Source: Rhina ancylostomus (Eukaryota). Taken from it: a DNA stretch of 61,851 bases. Position numbers and translations under genes: made by a program. The notes under the pieces were generated by a model. The model saw only the letters and a list, made by a program, of their open reading frames with translations, searched no databases and was not told where the DNA came from. Shown here one piece after another: positions 11,818-25,829 of this stretch; within the stretch, counting starts at the first letter, position 1, and each line of letters begins with the position of its first letter. The DNA lies in contig JARFYF010000052.1 of assembly GCA_030265395.1 (NCBI GenBank), positions 123,742,484 to 123,804,334 on the forward strand, written 5' to 3'.

Positions 11818-12889
11818 CTGTGTGTGTTTTATCAGCAGGTTTGATATTAGAATCATTTCCATCCTGAGAGCAGATTAAAAACCAGCAATTACCATACACA
11901 GGGATAATTAAGCACGTAGGTAAGAATAAAAGAATAAAGGGTGGACTGCAATGGGAAGATCAGAGAAGTAAGAGACAAGAAGTTAAGGCTAAGACCAAGC
12001 TAACACCCAGGTTAAAGGTAAAGGTAAAGCCGTGGTGAAATCAGGATCAAAGATAAAAGTGACTAGAACTGAAGTTCCAGGATCAAGAGTATGATGGCAT
12101 CAGGACTAAGATATTGTGTAGTCTCAGTCTACAACCAAGACCACCAAGAAAGCTAAGGCTTTGTTAGACTTGCACCACTACTGGCATCTGTCAAATCAAG
12201 TTCCGTCACAAGACCATATACACACAGCACTGCACCTGGAAAAAGCAAATGTCTTTTACATGTGGATGTTGCACCTCCACAGTTTTTTTTCTTCTGAAAG
12301 TTAATCAGTACATAGTTAGGGGCTGCTATGTAACTACGAGGAAAATTCGTAGAATTAATAAAAAATATGATAACATATTTTCCTATTTGTAAATTACAGT
12401 GGTTATTGGGTAATGATAATTAGCCTTCAGAAATGATGTTAACACAATTGTCCTTACGAGTGTGAAACCTTTCCTAAGGTCCTCCAATCTTTCTAAATTT
12501 AACCCATGGCTGAGTGTTTATGTAGGACCTTCTTGGTCTTTGCTCCCTATTACCAGATATTAGTACTTAATTCAGATTCAAATATTCTACGCCATTACAT
12601 CAAATTGCACAAAATTATATCATCTGTCATACATAATCAAAAGTTTGTGCTGGAAATTTGGAGAGGGGGAGGTTAAAAAAAGAAGGGTTGGCAACGTGGA
12701 GAGAAGGATGGTGAATGTAGGGAAGGGAGTGGATATGGAGAATGCAAATGGTTCATGGTCAGGGTTCAAGGAGCTTAAGCAAAGGGAAGGATGACTGTAA
12801 AAAAGAGCCTCACCTCTCCCTGCTCTGAAAGTTTTTGAATTAAATAATTTAGACAGTTCCACCACAACAGCAGCCTTTGTTTTTAATTT

Positions 12890-13780
12890 AATCATTCTTG
12901 AAATGTAAGGATCTCTGGTAAGGCCAGCATCTATTACATACTCTTGAGAATATTGTGGTGAGTCACCTTCCTGAACTTCTCCAGGCCACGTGTTATAGGT
13001 ACCTTCACAGCACTGTTAACCTTGGAGTTCTAGGATTTAGGCCCAATGAAGTGTCAGTGATTTATTTCCAAATAATGATGATGTGTGACTTGGAGGAGAA
13101 CTTGCAAGTTGACATTCCAATGAGCTTGCTGGCCTTCTAGATGTTAGATGTTACACATTTAGGAGCTGCTGTAGTGCATTTCATTGATAATGCACACTGA
13201 AGTTATTGGTGCAGAGGAATTGAATCTTTAGTGTATGGGGAGAGTATGGATGTAAGTGAAACCCACTCAAGGCAAGTGGAGAGTAGTCCTTCTTACTCCT
13301 GACCTATGTCTTATTTATCTTGGAAAGTCTTCAAGGAGGCAGGAGTGAAGTCTCTTGCCATAATTTATAGAGCTTCTGACCTGCTCTTGTAAAGATAGTA
13401 TTTGCATGGCTGGTCCAGTTAAGCTTCTAGTCAATGGTTACCCACAGGCTGATGGTGGCATTCAGAATGTCAAAAGAAGGTTGCTGATTAGAATCTCTTG
13501 TGCTGACAGTCATTTCCTGGTGCACATGCTATTTGTCACTTATTGGCTAAAAACTAAGTCTTGCTACATGGGTTCATATTTTGAGGTGCTGCATATAGAT
13601 TTAAACATTATGTAACCATTAGCAAACTTTACCACCCCTAGCCTTAAAGACATAAGGAAGATCTCTGATTATGGTTGGGCCTAGGGCCTTCTCCTGAGGC
13701 ACTCTTGTGGCAATCTCCTAAGGTTTTTCTCCAACAACTACAAATATAATCCTTTGTGCTGGATGAGGCTTTAGCTGGAT
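12890..13780 (-). mobile_element. 3' part of a decayed LINE (probably the same family as 430-2400)
   Basis: Reverse tail ggccagcatctatt...cttgagaa...gtggtgagtcaccttcctgaac followed by RT-like decayed sequence. Confidence 0.6.
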
Positions 13781-14309
13781 CTCAGTTTATTCATATGATC
13801 TGGAATGGTCTGAACGAAAAGATAACAGAGGGTTTCAAAAGTAAATTTCAAAAAGAAGCTGAACAGACATCTAAAAACAAAACAAATAAATTACAGTGAT
13901 GTAGGCACAGAGTAGGAAAATGCAAAAATTGGATAGAATCTGACAATCAGTTGATAAAACTGTAACACACCAAGTATCATCCTTCTGTTCTGTTTAACAT
14001 CGAGACCAGTTTCTTGATGAATGAGGATAAACCCTTACAATTTCCAGATATCTGAAACACAACAGAAATATATGGAAATACTCAACCAACTGTCAACACC
14101 TATAAAGGGATAAAAACAGGGCAATGTTTAGGATGCAGGCATTTCTGAAGCAGATAAATTTAAATTTGGCAGTGATGTACTTACAAATTACATTATAGTT
14201 AAAGCACAGAAACAGGCCATTTAACCCATTAGTTCTCTGCTTGTATTAGTGCTACATGTAAATCTCCTCCTACCTTTATTCATCAGTCAATCATGCCTCA
14301 GTTTGCTGC

Positions 14310-14650
14310 CCTATTTTCTCAGAGAGAGATTTTGACTTCAACCTGAGCTCAAAATCTAGCCTGACATTCCCAATGCTGGACTAAAGGAGGACTGCATTTT
14401 CTGTGCTTTAGCTGAGAACTTACTGCCGTCACAAAGTGGACATTAAAAATCTCAAGGCACAATTTCAAAGAGTATGGAAACTGCTTTGATCAATATGTAT
14501 CCTTCAATATAAGAGGGAGCGGTGGGAGTGGTGAAAAGCTTACAATGAGCCAATTAGCTGTTGTGTTCCAATTTTATCAGCGAATTCACTTTAAAATGTC
14601 TTTATTGGATGTGAAGCACTTTTGATTGGCTGAAATGCAAGCCTTTCTCT
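14310..14650 (+). mobile_element. DeuSINE remnant
   Basis: aaaatctagcctgacattccc...gtggacattaaaaatctcaaggcac...ggatgtgaagcacttt. Confidence 0.55.
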
Positions 14651-15429
14651 CCTGCATTAGTAAATTAGTCATCTATTTTACATCAGGTCAGTTTAAAAGA
14701 AAATTGGGAGAGTCTCATAATGACGTGGCGACAAGATATCGACAGCTAATTTGAATTTTCTCTTTAAAGATGCTGATTGACCATTTTCTTGGTTATTTTA
14801 TTACAGCTGTTCAATCAACCTAGGCAATCATCTGACCATGGACCTCACTTTGAGCTTTCAGTTTAGTAACATACTCAAGTTGAACAGTAGCAAATTATCG
14901 TGAGCATTTTGTATATAGTAATCCCAATGAGTCAGCAACTGAAATTATCTAGATATACAATAATACATTTGCAAGTTAATCCAAAAATCAACTTTACAAT
15001 TAAGTCAGCTTTAAAATAAATTAATTTAATTGAGAAAGCCAGCTATTAATGTGCAAATTAACCCCAAATGAATTCACTGATCAATGCAAAACGAAGTTTG
15101 TCTAAATGAATGTGTGAAGTATATATAATTATGAACATTTTGCAAGAAAGTATGAAACTGTATTTTCTAATTTACCCACAATTTGCGTTAAATTGCCCCA
15201 ATGCACTTCAACGGAGAATATCAAACAAACTTTGACAACAAACATCCTAAGATTTTAGACTCAATGACTAAAAGGTAGCTTTTAAGGAGCACTTTAAAAT
15301 CACAGAGATCAGGATTGGAGAAATGTAAAAATCTCAGCGGTTTAAAAGTTTAGAGATGATAATAACTTGGCCAATTCTCTATCATGCAAGCTGAAGACAA
15401 TCCAAGCCAGCAGATATTAGTCATGGAAT

Positions 15430-15818
15430 TACAGGAATCATAGAGTCAAACAGCACAGAAAAAAAGGACTTTCGGCCCACCAAGTTTCTGCCAACCATCA
15501 AGCACCCACATACACTAATTCTACACCAATTCCATTTTTATTTTAACCACATTCCCACCAGCAATCCTGTCAACTCCCCTGACTCTACCACCAGCACCAC
15601 TATACTCAACTACAGACATGAGCAATTAACAGTGGTCAATTAACCAATCAACCCATACATCTTTGGCAGTGGGAGGAAGCTAGAACACCCAGAGGAGACC
15701 GACCTGATCACCGAGAGAACATGCAAACTCTACACAGACAGGACCAGAGATCAGGACTGAACCCAAACTGCTGGAACTGTGAGGCAGCAGATCTACCAGC
15801 TGTTCTATTGTGGCACCT
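15430..15818 (-). mobile_element. V-SINE (HE1-like)
   Basis: Reverse V-domain gagaacatgcaaactctacacagac and head end ctgtgaggcagcag...gtggcacc. Confidence 0.85.
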
Positions 15819-17152
15819 CATTCTTTTTTAAATATACTGTTGTTGTTAAGTTCAACTCTGCCTTCAACTCATTTTATGACAGTCACATCAATAAAATGGA
15901 TGATGCTGATATAAATGGAATGAATGCCTTTTCAATTTTATAATAAATGAAATAATTACCATTTTGTGCTATTTCCAAAACTAGAAGAACCTTAATTTCA
16001 CACAGTTTCCAATATCCATGTAACCTTACACGGTTCTCTGGCACCACATTACAACTACAGACCAGTCAATTTCTGCTTAAGCTATTGGCGTCTCTCTACT
16101 TTCTGTACTAGTTTAGACCAGTCCAGAACTGTCCCACATGAGTGTAAGTTCTCAAAACAAAAATGCCTGAGTCTAAAGCTATAATTGTTCTGCCTTTTTA
16201 GGGAAGGGTCATATCTTTGAGCTACTTGTCTAACCTGCTTTAGGTTAAATGCCATAAACTTTTAGATCTGTCATACTGCAGGTGAAAAATACTTAACCAA
16301 GGCTGCACTTGAGCTGATATTCTATCTATGCCAAGTTCAGTATCCCATAAGATCTTGCTATATCACAGTATTGTGTAATATTCAATAAGATTTTTTTGAA
16401 AAAGAAAAAAAAAGCTCTGCAATCCTGGTTTGAGTAAAGCTTCTTGCCGGCTTTCAATCCCGAGATAATTGTCTTTTTTAACATAGTAACATTGATTGGT
16501 CTGTGCTATTATTCAGTTTTGAAAAAAAATTCACATTCCTTCAGCTACCCCTTATCCATGGACCTTTCTCAACCTTTGAACTGCCACGCCGACCTGCTCC
16601 TTCTGATTATTTAACTCATTAATTTGTACAAGCATAATGTAGAAAGCATTCTTGAAGGCAGCTTTGAAACAGGAATTTACTTAACAGGGTTCTCACTGGA
16701 CAAATCACAATATTCCCAGGGAGGTGAGAGAGGGAGGAGAATATCTTGGGTGAAGAAACCCATAAATGAGCCCTTCCAAATGATGGGGCCTCATAATTAT
16801 TTTTACCTCCCAATTGTTATCTGGCTGGTTGATGGGCAATTAGCTGGGAAGCCTGCAACAGAAGTTTTTGGTTCCCTGGTAATTGGTAGAGATTGCAGAG
16901 TTGGTGGAGAGGTCAACAGTTGGAAGACAGTTGACAGCCTGTCAGTTTGGAGGGTCAGGGATAGAATTAGCTGATTACAGCAAGGGCTTTGCTTGGGGGA
17001 ACCGGCTGGAAGGTATGAGGAAGTACTTCTGCTCCTTCTGGTTCTCATGTGTNNNNNNNNNNNNNNNNNNNNNNNNNNNNNNNNNNNNNNNNNNNNNNNN
17101 NNNNNNNNNNNNNNNNNNNNNNNNNNNNNNNNNNNNNNNNNNNNNNNNNNNN

Positions 17153-17639
17153 GCAGAGGAGATTTACCAGGATGCTGCCTGGATTAGAGCGTATGGAATA
17201 TGAGGAGAGGCTTAAGGTGCTGGGGCTTTTCTCACTGGAGAGGAGGAGGATGAGGGGAGACATGACAGAGGTGTATAAAACATTGAGACGGATAGATAGA
17301 GCAGACAGCCAGTGCCTCCCTCCCAGGGCACCATTGCTCAAGACAAGAGGGCATGGATTTTAAATAATGGGGGGGAAGTTCAGGGGGAATGTCAGAGGGA
17401 GCTTTTTCACCCAGAGAGTGGTAGGTGCATGGACTGTGCTTCCTGGGGTGGTGGTGGAGGCGGATATGTTGGACAGGTTCAAGAGGTTGTTGGATGGGCA
17501 CATGGAGGAGTGTGGGATAGAGGGATATGCGGGAGGAGGGATATGTGGGAGGAAAGGGTTAGATGGTGCGGGGTGTGGTTTGATGGGCAACAACATGGGC
17601 CGAAGGGCCTGTATTGTGCTGTATTGTTCTATGGTTCTA
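17153..17639 (+). mobile_element. Relatively young CR1 (HER1-like) LINE 3' end
   Basis: Encodes QRRFTRMLPGL...LGLFSLERRRMRGD...FFTQRVVGAW...FKRLLD and ends in gttctatggttcta; the 5' part is in a gap. Confidence 0.92.
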
Positions 17640-18967
17640 ATAATTGTTGCAGCTCCCATACTACAAGAACATCCTTGCTTAGGTAGACTTGAACATGATA
17701 TTTCAGTCACAAATATTCTGGGTATGACTCTCAATTGCTCTGACCAGAGAGTACATCTTCTACAAATATTCCCATCTACTTGTTAGGTCCAGAAAAAATC
17801 AATTTGGTGAAAACAAAATAAAGGGAGTTCCCAGGTTACAGAAAACCTAACACAAGAATCTGACTTTTGGCAAATGCCCCCAGACTCTGCTCTTGAGTAT
17901 AGTACTCGAATCTCTTCGCCAGGAAGCAATGCAGAGATCACACATGGAAAAAGTCAGTGCCTTCCCCAAACTTTCCTTCATGCAAGATCAAACACTACAG
18001 ACCCCAAGCCACCTCTTGTTAGTGCATAAACTGCCAATAGTTTTTTTTTGCTGATTAGTAGATCAGCTTCTCCTGTCACTCCATCTGGGCTGCATTCAAA
18101 CATTTGTCAGAGTTCACTTACTGTTAAGAATTGTTATCACCTACTCTGACCTTCCCCAGTCTACACTTGACAAATCAGTCCCCAAGGGCTGTCGAGGTTA
18201 AAGATTTCATATTATGACTTTGGGAGAAATTGTTCATTTCCAGCTTAGGGAAAATTCAGTTTATGGGCAGGTCTCAGGAACAGAACCCTTACGTAAACTG
18301 GTGATCCTCTGTATGTTGAGATGATGAATTTAATAGCATTTTATAGGTAATTTTGTATCAGCATACTTTAATTGTACCAACTACACCCTAAATGAAATTT
18401 GTTAGGTATGGAGCCTTAAATACAGGTTCTCAGTCTTCATTGAGATACGAGGATGCATGGTACAAGAAAGCTAAATTCAAACCATTAATTTTAGCTATAA
18501 TATTCTGCTTTCATCAACTCTCTTTAGGTGTCTTTGCTCCATCTTAAGTCTTTTGATCTTGTGCTTTATATCTTTCACACACTCAAGTACATCTCCCATA
18601 CAGTCAAAAGTACATAATGATTCTTCAATTATTATTCCCCCTTATAATTAATTTTTCTATAGTCTACACCATGTCACAATAATTCCAAGCAAAATACAGC
18701 AATTAACTTCTGGTTCTTCAATGCACCTTCAAACTCACATTGCCTCCAGAACAGTTGTTAAAAATTGAATTTCTCCACAACAAAGCAATAATTTTTTTTG
18801 CTTAGTAAGTTTCTTCTGCTGTGCTCATGGAATAAAGATCACTCTTGCTCTTTTCACTAAAGCCCAGGTGTGGCTCTAGTCAGAATGCAGGGCAGGCAAA
18901 GGTGTCTGGAGGATAAGTGTTAATGGGGCAGGTTTTATGCTTAAAAACAAGCAGATGCACTTGCATC

Positions 18968-19009
18968 TGATGATTTTTAAGCAATTATTGATGATTTTTA
19001 AGCAATTAA
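18968..19009. repeat. 21-bp tandem duplication
   Basis: tgatgatttttaagcaatta occurs twice in tandem. Confidence 0.8.
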
Positions 19010-20759
19010 TTAGTTCGAAGCTCAGAACTACAGTCTTGTGTTTCAGTTAAGCATCAAACCTGGAACATCTACAATATGATAGTGGAGTCCTTATGGACTG
19101 CAACAGGGCAGCACATATTTTCCTCAGGTTCCCCACCTCTATAACTGGGAAATCTACCCACTAAACAAGAAAAGTAGCCTCTTTGAAATCAATGGGAAGA
19201 AATGGCTCTTCACAAGGTAAGCAAACCATTGTACAGTTCAACCTCAATATAATATGCCTGTTATATCACAGTTTTGCATAAGCATTGGGAATTATCATGT
19301 CCCCCACGACAGATATGTTGTATTCCATAGAGAGTCACTGTGCATGGGATCACCCCACAGGGAAAAATCACTGTGGTTGGGATTTGTCCCCGAGGGAGAT
19401 TTGGTGTTTTTATTCCAGGTAATGGGGAAGCAACAACATTCCTAAAAGAATGCAACATATATCTTTGTGAAAGTCCCTTTGACAACTGCTGTACTGAGAA
19501 AGCAACAGATTCTGGAAAAGGATCAGTAATCCAGCATTGGGGATCTGTTCTACAAATTGTAGCTGTGACAAATGGTAATGGAAGTTGAATGGCGAGAATG
19601 GGGGTGCATGGTAGAGAATTCTGTTCAACTTTGTGTATGTAGTGGCCCCCCCATATCCACTTTACAATCGAGGTTACACTGGATTCAATTTTATTCAGTT
19701 AATTTAGATCAACTCAATTGTGTTTAAGTGCAAGTCTGTTGTTTTAAAAGTGTTTGTATGACATTTAAAATGTCTCATCTTCAACTTCAGTGACAGCTTC
19801 CATAACAGACAAGCCTGCGGTCAGGACCTCACCAACTTTCAAAGCCATTCTGGGAGGTTGAACCAGCCCCTTGTGTTCTGGGAAAACTGTATGGTCAATG
19901 GGCAACGAATGATTTGGGTGGCTCACCAATTAGAAGATCTAGCCCATTATTACCACCAGTGCTGCATAATTCTATGTACAGGTGCAATAACATAATTCCA
20001 GCTTACAACTTAAAAAAAACAGCAATTGCCCAGATTGCCTCCAATGAGGGATACTTCAAAATTACTGGGAACCCAGTTGAAACTACCATGCAAGACTGCT
20101 TATAGAAAATGATGTACACAGAAAATTTGACTATACAATTCTCCCTCAATGTTTTATGGGAAAATTAGTTTCTGATGCTCTCAAAGCAGCTGAACTGCAC
20201 AACTGCCAACATCAATGTCACAGCGTGGCAATGCCCAAATAGGAACTGGTCAGCATATATAATGGCCTTGAAATTCATTAGCTCCATAAGACCTCATAGC
20301 ATCATTCAATTACAATGTTTCATGCTGCACCATTAGAATTTTGATTTTCATCTGGAATCCTAGTGCAATAGACCAAGTGTATTTTCACAAGGTAATATTT
20401 CCATATAAAGGAAGCAGCACTTCCTTTATGTGAAAGTATTACCTAATTGCATGGCATTTACAAACAATTCAATTTGGTGCAACTGCAAGCACTTTGCTAC
20501 GTAGGTAGTATGCTGGCTCTTCCCCTTAAGCAAGTTGGCAGCTGACTGTGTACTAGACCTCTGCCAGATACGCAGTGCCAGACTGACACAAAAAGGTGAC
20601 ACTGCCATCAACGAAAAAAAACATCATGAAATGAGTCAGAGTCAAAACTACAATTATTTCTCCTGTTATCAACTGATTTCCAATAAACTAGCATACTCGA
20701 ACCCCTCTAAAAACCACACCACCCTCCTCATGCACATGCTCCCTCTTTTAATAACAGAG

Positions 20760-21445
20760 GGACCCTGCTGGGAACCTTGCTTTTGTCATATGTATTAGTG
20801 ATTTGGATATGAAGGTTGGACATACAATTACTAAGTTTGCAGACAGCACTAAAATCAATGGTGGGTTGATACTGAGGAGGGTAGTCAGGCTACAGAATGC
20901 TATTGATCAGCTGATAAGTTCAACAAGATAATAGCAGATAGAATTTAGTTATGAGCTGGGGTAGGAGTTCAAATAAGGGTACGACATATACAATGATCAG
21001 TAGAGGCCTAGGAATACAGAGAAACAAAGTGATGTTAGTGTACAAGTCCAAAGATGACAGCATAGGTAGATAAGGTGGTGAAAAAAGCATATGGGATGCT
21101 TGTCTTCATTAGCCAGAACACAAGTGCAAGGAGGTCTTGTTACAATTTTATAAAACACTGGTTAGGCTACAGTTGGAAATTGTGTGGAATTCTGGTTGCC
21201 ACACTCTAGGAAGGACATGACTGCCCTGGAGAGACTGCAGATGACATTCACCGGGATGTTGCCTGGAAATGGAATGTTTCAATTATCAGTAAAGAGTGAG
21301 CAGGTTGGGTTTGTTTTCCTTGGAGCAGAGAAGGCTGCAGGGCTACCTGACAGAGGTACACAATATTATGAGAGGCATAGATAAGGTAAAGAGTAAGAAA
21401 CACTTCCCCACGATAGAAGTATCTAAAACTAAACAGTACAAGTTA
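20760..21445 (+). mobile_element. CR1 LINE RT fragment
   Basis: aagtttgcagacagcactaaaatc (KFADxTKI); ORF FWLPHSRKDMTALERLQMTFTGMLPG. Confidence 0.85.
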
Positions 21446-21449
21446 TAGA

Positions 21450-21670
21450 CTCATTGAATCATAGACAGAAAGGGCCCTTCAACCCAACACATCCATACCA
21501 ACCTTTGTGCACATCTACTCTAATCCTATTTGCCTGCATTATGAGTCTATCCTTCTATGCAATGTCTATTTAAGTGTCTAAATGCAATAATTGTATGTAA
21601 TTATAGAAATAATTGTATACGATTCCACCACGTCCTCTGGCAGTGTGTCCCAGATATCACCCTATTTCAT
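21450..21670 (-). mobile_element. CR1 3' tail fragment
   Basis: gaatcatagacagaaagggcccttcaaccc...cctctggcagtgtgtcccag. Confidence 0.6.
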
Positions 21671-21734
21671 AAATAGGACAGTTTTCATTAGTCAACTGCA
21701 TGGTTGAGCACATAACCCTAAAAGGTTATAGCTC

Positions 21735-22107
21735 AGAGTCAGATAGCATGGAGACAGGCACTTCAGTCCACCAAGTCCATGGAGACCATCAGGCACCAAT
21801 TTAGAATAATCCTACACTAATCCTATATTTTTCTTCACACAATCCCATCATCTCTCCCCAAATTCTGCGACAAGGGGCAGTTTACTGCTGCAAACTAACC
21901 TCCAGCCCTCGTTTCACTAGGACATGGGAGGAAACAAGAGAATGCAAAAGAAACTTGATGTGCTATGCTGTACAACTCTATGAAACCTACCTGATCATAG
22001 GGAGAACGCACGCAAATTCCACACAGGAAGCACCAGAGTTCAGGACTGAACCCGATCACTGGAGCTGCAAAAGAATAGCATTAATAATTGCACCACTGTG
22101 CTGCCCT
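21735..22107 (-). mobile_element. V-SINE (HE1-like)
   Basis: Reverse V-domain gggagaacgcacgcaaattccacaca and head end ccactgtgctgccc. Confidence 0.8.
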
Positions 22108-22603
22108 TGACACAGCGGTTTTGATTTAGTCAAAAAACTCAGAAGGAACTCATTGTGTTTCTGATTGTTTAATTACTTAACTAGGCATATTGATTAATTC
22201 CGCTGATTTGGAGCTTGCTGCATTCAAGACTTGTTAAGTCAAGATGCATTTTTTTTATATCATGGTGTTTTAAAAGATGCAATTCAATTTCTGATGTGTT
22301 GTGGAAGGATCCCAAAAACATAGGTTCAAGGCTGATGTACAGGATTATACACTTCGCTACATGAACAATCTCAGTTTTTTTGCACCATTGCTGAACTGTT
22401 AGGTTGAAGTTGCTCAAAACTTGTATAAAATAATTCATAATTCATTGTTGCATATTGCAATAGTCTGTAAGTGGCCATGAGCAGAACCTAATGCCAGTTA
22501 ACCATTGCTTTGCATGCAGCACTAGGAGGCCTTTATTGTAACAAAATGCAGAACTTCACTGTAGCACACAAATGGATGTACTAAAGTTGCAGCCACCTCT
22601 CAC

Positions 22604-23161
22604 CTTTGGCATTGAAAATGGCTGGAGTTGTGAGCACTGCTGTTTGGCTCCAAAAAACAGATGTATGATAATGGCATGCAAACTTGCAAAAGTTGGTATT
22701 CATGAGAATATCTGGTCTGTCAAATGTGCCCTGATAGCACTACCAGAGAGGGATATTCCTCCAAAGCATGTGGCCTCATTCTCTTCTTTTGACATTAGTT
22801 GTACCTGTTGTCATTGCACTCTTTTCTCCTCTTGCTGGAGAGGTTTACAAGGACATTCTTCTCCTATCCAGGTTGGAGCAGACAAGTATGAAATCCTGCT
22901 ACCTGAATATTGGAAGGCATCCCAATTGGTGCAGACAGCAGAATCTCATATTGAAAAGACCGAGAGTACTCTAGACTAGGCTCTGTGGTTTTCAGTGTAT
23001 GGATAGTCAGCTTCAAAGACAGAGCCAGGAGTCAGAAGCCAAGGAGAGGGAAGAAGGAACCATGTGATCTCCCTGATATCCGGCAACATTCATAAGGAAA
23101 TTCATCCCATGGTCGACAAGGGTGAAAGTGGAAGAAAGTCAAAGTCCTTCAGACTGCAGTT
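22604..23161 (-). other. Candidate long internal exon (probably 5'UTR or non-coding) of the minus-strand gene
   Basis: Acceptor tttcaagctttctttcag| at 23162-23163 and donor AAG|gtgaga at 22603. The interval looks non-repetitive, has higher GC than its flanks, and has several ATGs but no long minus-strand ORF. Confidence 0.3.
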
Positions 23162-24499
23162 CTGAAAGAAAGCTTGAAACACTAATTAATACAGTGCATC
23201 ATTTCCTATATTTTGGAGAAGTTCACGTGACATTCCAAATTACAAAACTTTGATTGTTCTATCAGGATTCTTCCTGAACGCAGAAGTTAGCATCCTTTGC
23301 TGTTTATTAATTTTACTGTGGTAATCTTGTTTTTTCTTCATTCCTATTCAGGAGGATATTTAGATAGAAACCTAAGATTTTTTCATAATAATGTTTTGAA
23401 GCAAAGGAACAACATTCTGTAGTGATAGAGTAATCCTTTGCAGCTAAGGCACTGAAGTTTGCCATCTTTAATAGTAAATACAAAATCTTATCATCATTCT
23501 GGCTTAAAATTAAGGACAAGCTACGAATACTAGTATCCTACGAATAGAGAGCATCACCTACAATACATAGGTTGTTGTACAATGTAGAAATATTCAGCAG
23601 GGAGATTTCAAACATACCATAAATAAACACCAAAGTCAGGCTGCCACAATCTGAATTGATTGTCCCGTGATCCCTAACACAATACATGTTTTATGACCTG
23701 TCTGCTAGATAAAAAGCAACATGTGCTTGACACTGTAGACCTAGCTATGTGTATTGGAGGGCCTTACACATCTAACAAAGTTAAACACCAATAATTGTGT
23801 TTGCCATGCTTTTCAGTCCCATGCTTCTTGAACTGTAAGAGCCACATGCAGCTTTAGCTCAATAGAATATTTTGTGATCAATACACACAGTTTTAGATCA
23901 AGTAGGCAATCTCCAGATTATAGTGTAATGGACTAAAATTTAAACAAAAGTGAGAGTGTCTCTTTAAATGATAATGTTCCAGACCAAGCCCAGTAATGGA
24001 CGTCAAGGATGGCCAATAACTAAAATATTTCAGAAAAATCTGATCCAACTTCACCAGAAATGCTTGAAACCAACGTTGCACAAGGAACATCGTTAGGTGT
24101 GCAACTGCCACTGAGAGAGTACCAGTTGGAGTGAGCACAATTCCTGTTGGGAAATACCTAGTTTCTGCACTGAATGCATGAACAAATTCTATCACTTTTC
24201 TCCCATTCCTAATTCACTCAGTAGGAAGCCACTCCAAAATACAGCTTCCAGGTTTTCTCTGACTTCCCAGAACAACCTTAGTTATTAGTAGATCTGTGTT
24301 GTTGCGTATTTCAAGTCTGAAATAAAACAATTTTAATAAAACAATTTTAATAATAGGAGTACCAGCTTATGTGATACACAGTGTAATAATAAAGATGCTC
24401 TCCTAACTCTCTACTAAAATTAAGTTTGTATCTATTTGATTAAAAATAATTAGACTACCCGCAAATATTAAACACAAGTATGAAATCGAAGGACATTCC

Positions 24500-25400
24500 T
24501 GAATTTCCTGAAATTCTTACATTTCTGCATTCAACAGATCATTCTCCACCACCTTCAAAGAGATTGCACCGCCAGACCCTCTCTTCCCCTTTCAGCATTT
24601 CACAGAAACCATTTCCTCTACAGCTCCCTGGTCCGCTCCATTGCCACCACTCACCCACTCTCTGAGCTTTTTCTCTTGCAACTGCAATTGACCAACACTT
24701 GTCCTTTCACCTCTTACTCTCCCACCATCCAGGGATGCAAACAGTCCATGTGAAGCAGCGATTCACTTGCACTTCTTCCAGTCTAATGTACTGCATTCAG
24801 TGTTCACAATGTGGTCTCCTCTCACCAAAGACAGATTGTGTAATCACTTTGCAGATTACATGCATTCAATCCGCAAGGCAACTTTGAGCTTCCTATTGCC
24901 TGCCATTTTAATTCCCCATCCCACTCCCTCTCTTGTTACAAAGAGGTTCAATGCAAGCTTGAGGAACAGCACCTAATCTGCCATCTGGGTACAATACGGC
25001 CTTCTAGACTCAGTATTGAATTCTATAACTTCAAGTACTTAATTTCTCTGTATCTGTCATCCAGCTGTGATATTGGCTCAGCCTGTTTGTTGCCTTGTTT
25101 CTTTTTTGCCTTCAGGGAGTGGAGAACATCCCTACATCTATGTTCGGACACTTGAGCTGCTCCCGTTCACTCGTAACTTTTTTTTAAATGGCTTGTCCAC
25201 GTGGTCACCCCAGTTTTACCCTACGAGAGGCATCTCCCCCTCCCCCACATCCTGCAGCTTAACAAGCTTCTTTTGTCTCCTTCCCAATTCTGGGAAAATG
25301 TTAATTCTGTTTCTCTTCCCACATACAAGGCCTGACCTGCTGAGTATTTCCAGCATTACTTAAAACATTTTAGATTTCTAGCATCTGCAGTTTTATTTTA
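24500..25400 (+). mobile_element. Penelope-like element 3' region (GIY-YIG remnant plus tail)
   Basis: VKQRFTCTSSSLMYCIQCSQCGLL resembles the Cys motif at the start of the PLE GIY-YIG domain; ends cctgacctgctgagtatttccagca...gcatctgcag. Confidence 0.75.
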
Positions 25401-25829
25401 TTTTCACTTATTTTACCAACTGGATGGCCTAAAGCTGAAACCTGTTAGGATGGAAGCTTAAAAAAAACTCAGTCAAAACTGAACCTACAGATCTGCAAGC
25501 AACATATACTGGATGCTTCTTTTAAAAAAAGACATATGGGAAATATGATGAGAAAATTCAAAGAACTGGTTATGAATTATGTTTATGTTTGTTATTGTAA
25601 TAATTTCCATATATTTTTTATACAAAGGACCAAACTACTGTGATATTTTGATGTATTGCATCCATGGCAGAAGCTTGTGAAGCGAGATAGTGGTTTAAAT
25701 GGTGGAAGTTTCAAGGTACAGTATAGCAGTTTCTGGTTGATCACAATCAAGGCTTTATTTTGTTGACCTGCCAATACTTTCTCCATTCCCAACAATGTGA
25801 TCTCACTTCAGAAGTAACAAATAATGAAG

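Noticed and set aside
20402-20432. Iron-responsive element or CArG box
   Set aside because: The loop is CAGCA, not CAGUGN, and there is no bulged C. CC(A/T)7GG is not a canonical CArG box.
22572-22979. 135-aa plus-strand ORF
   Set aside because: No recognisable domain, and the splice signals around the block point to the opposite strand.
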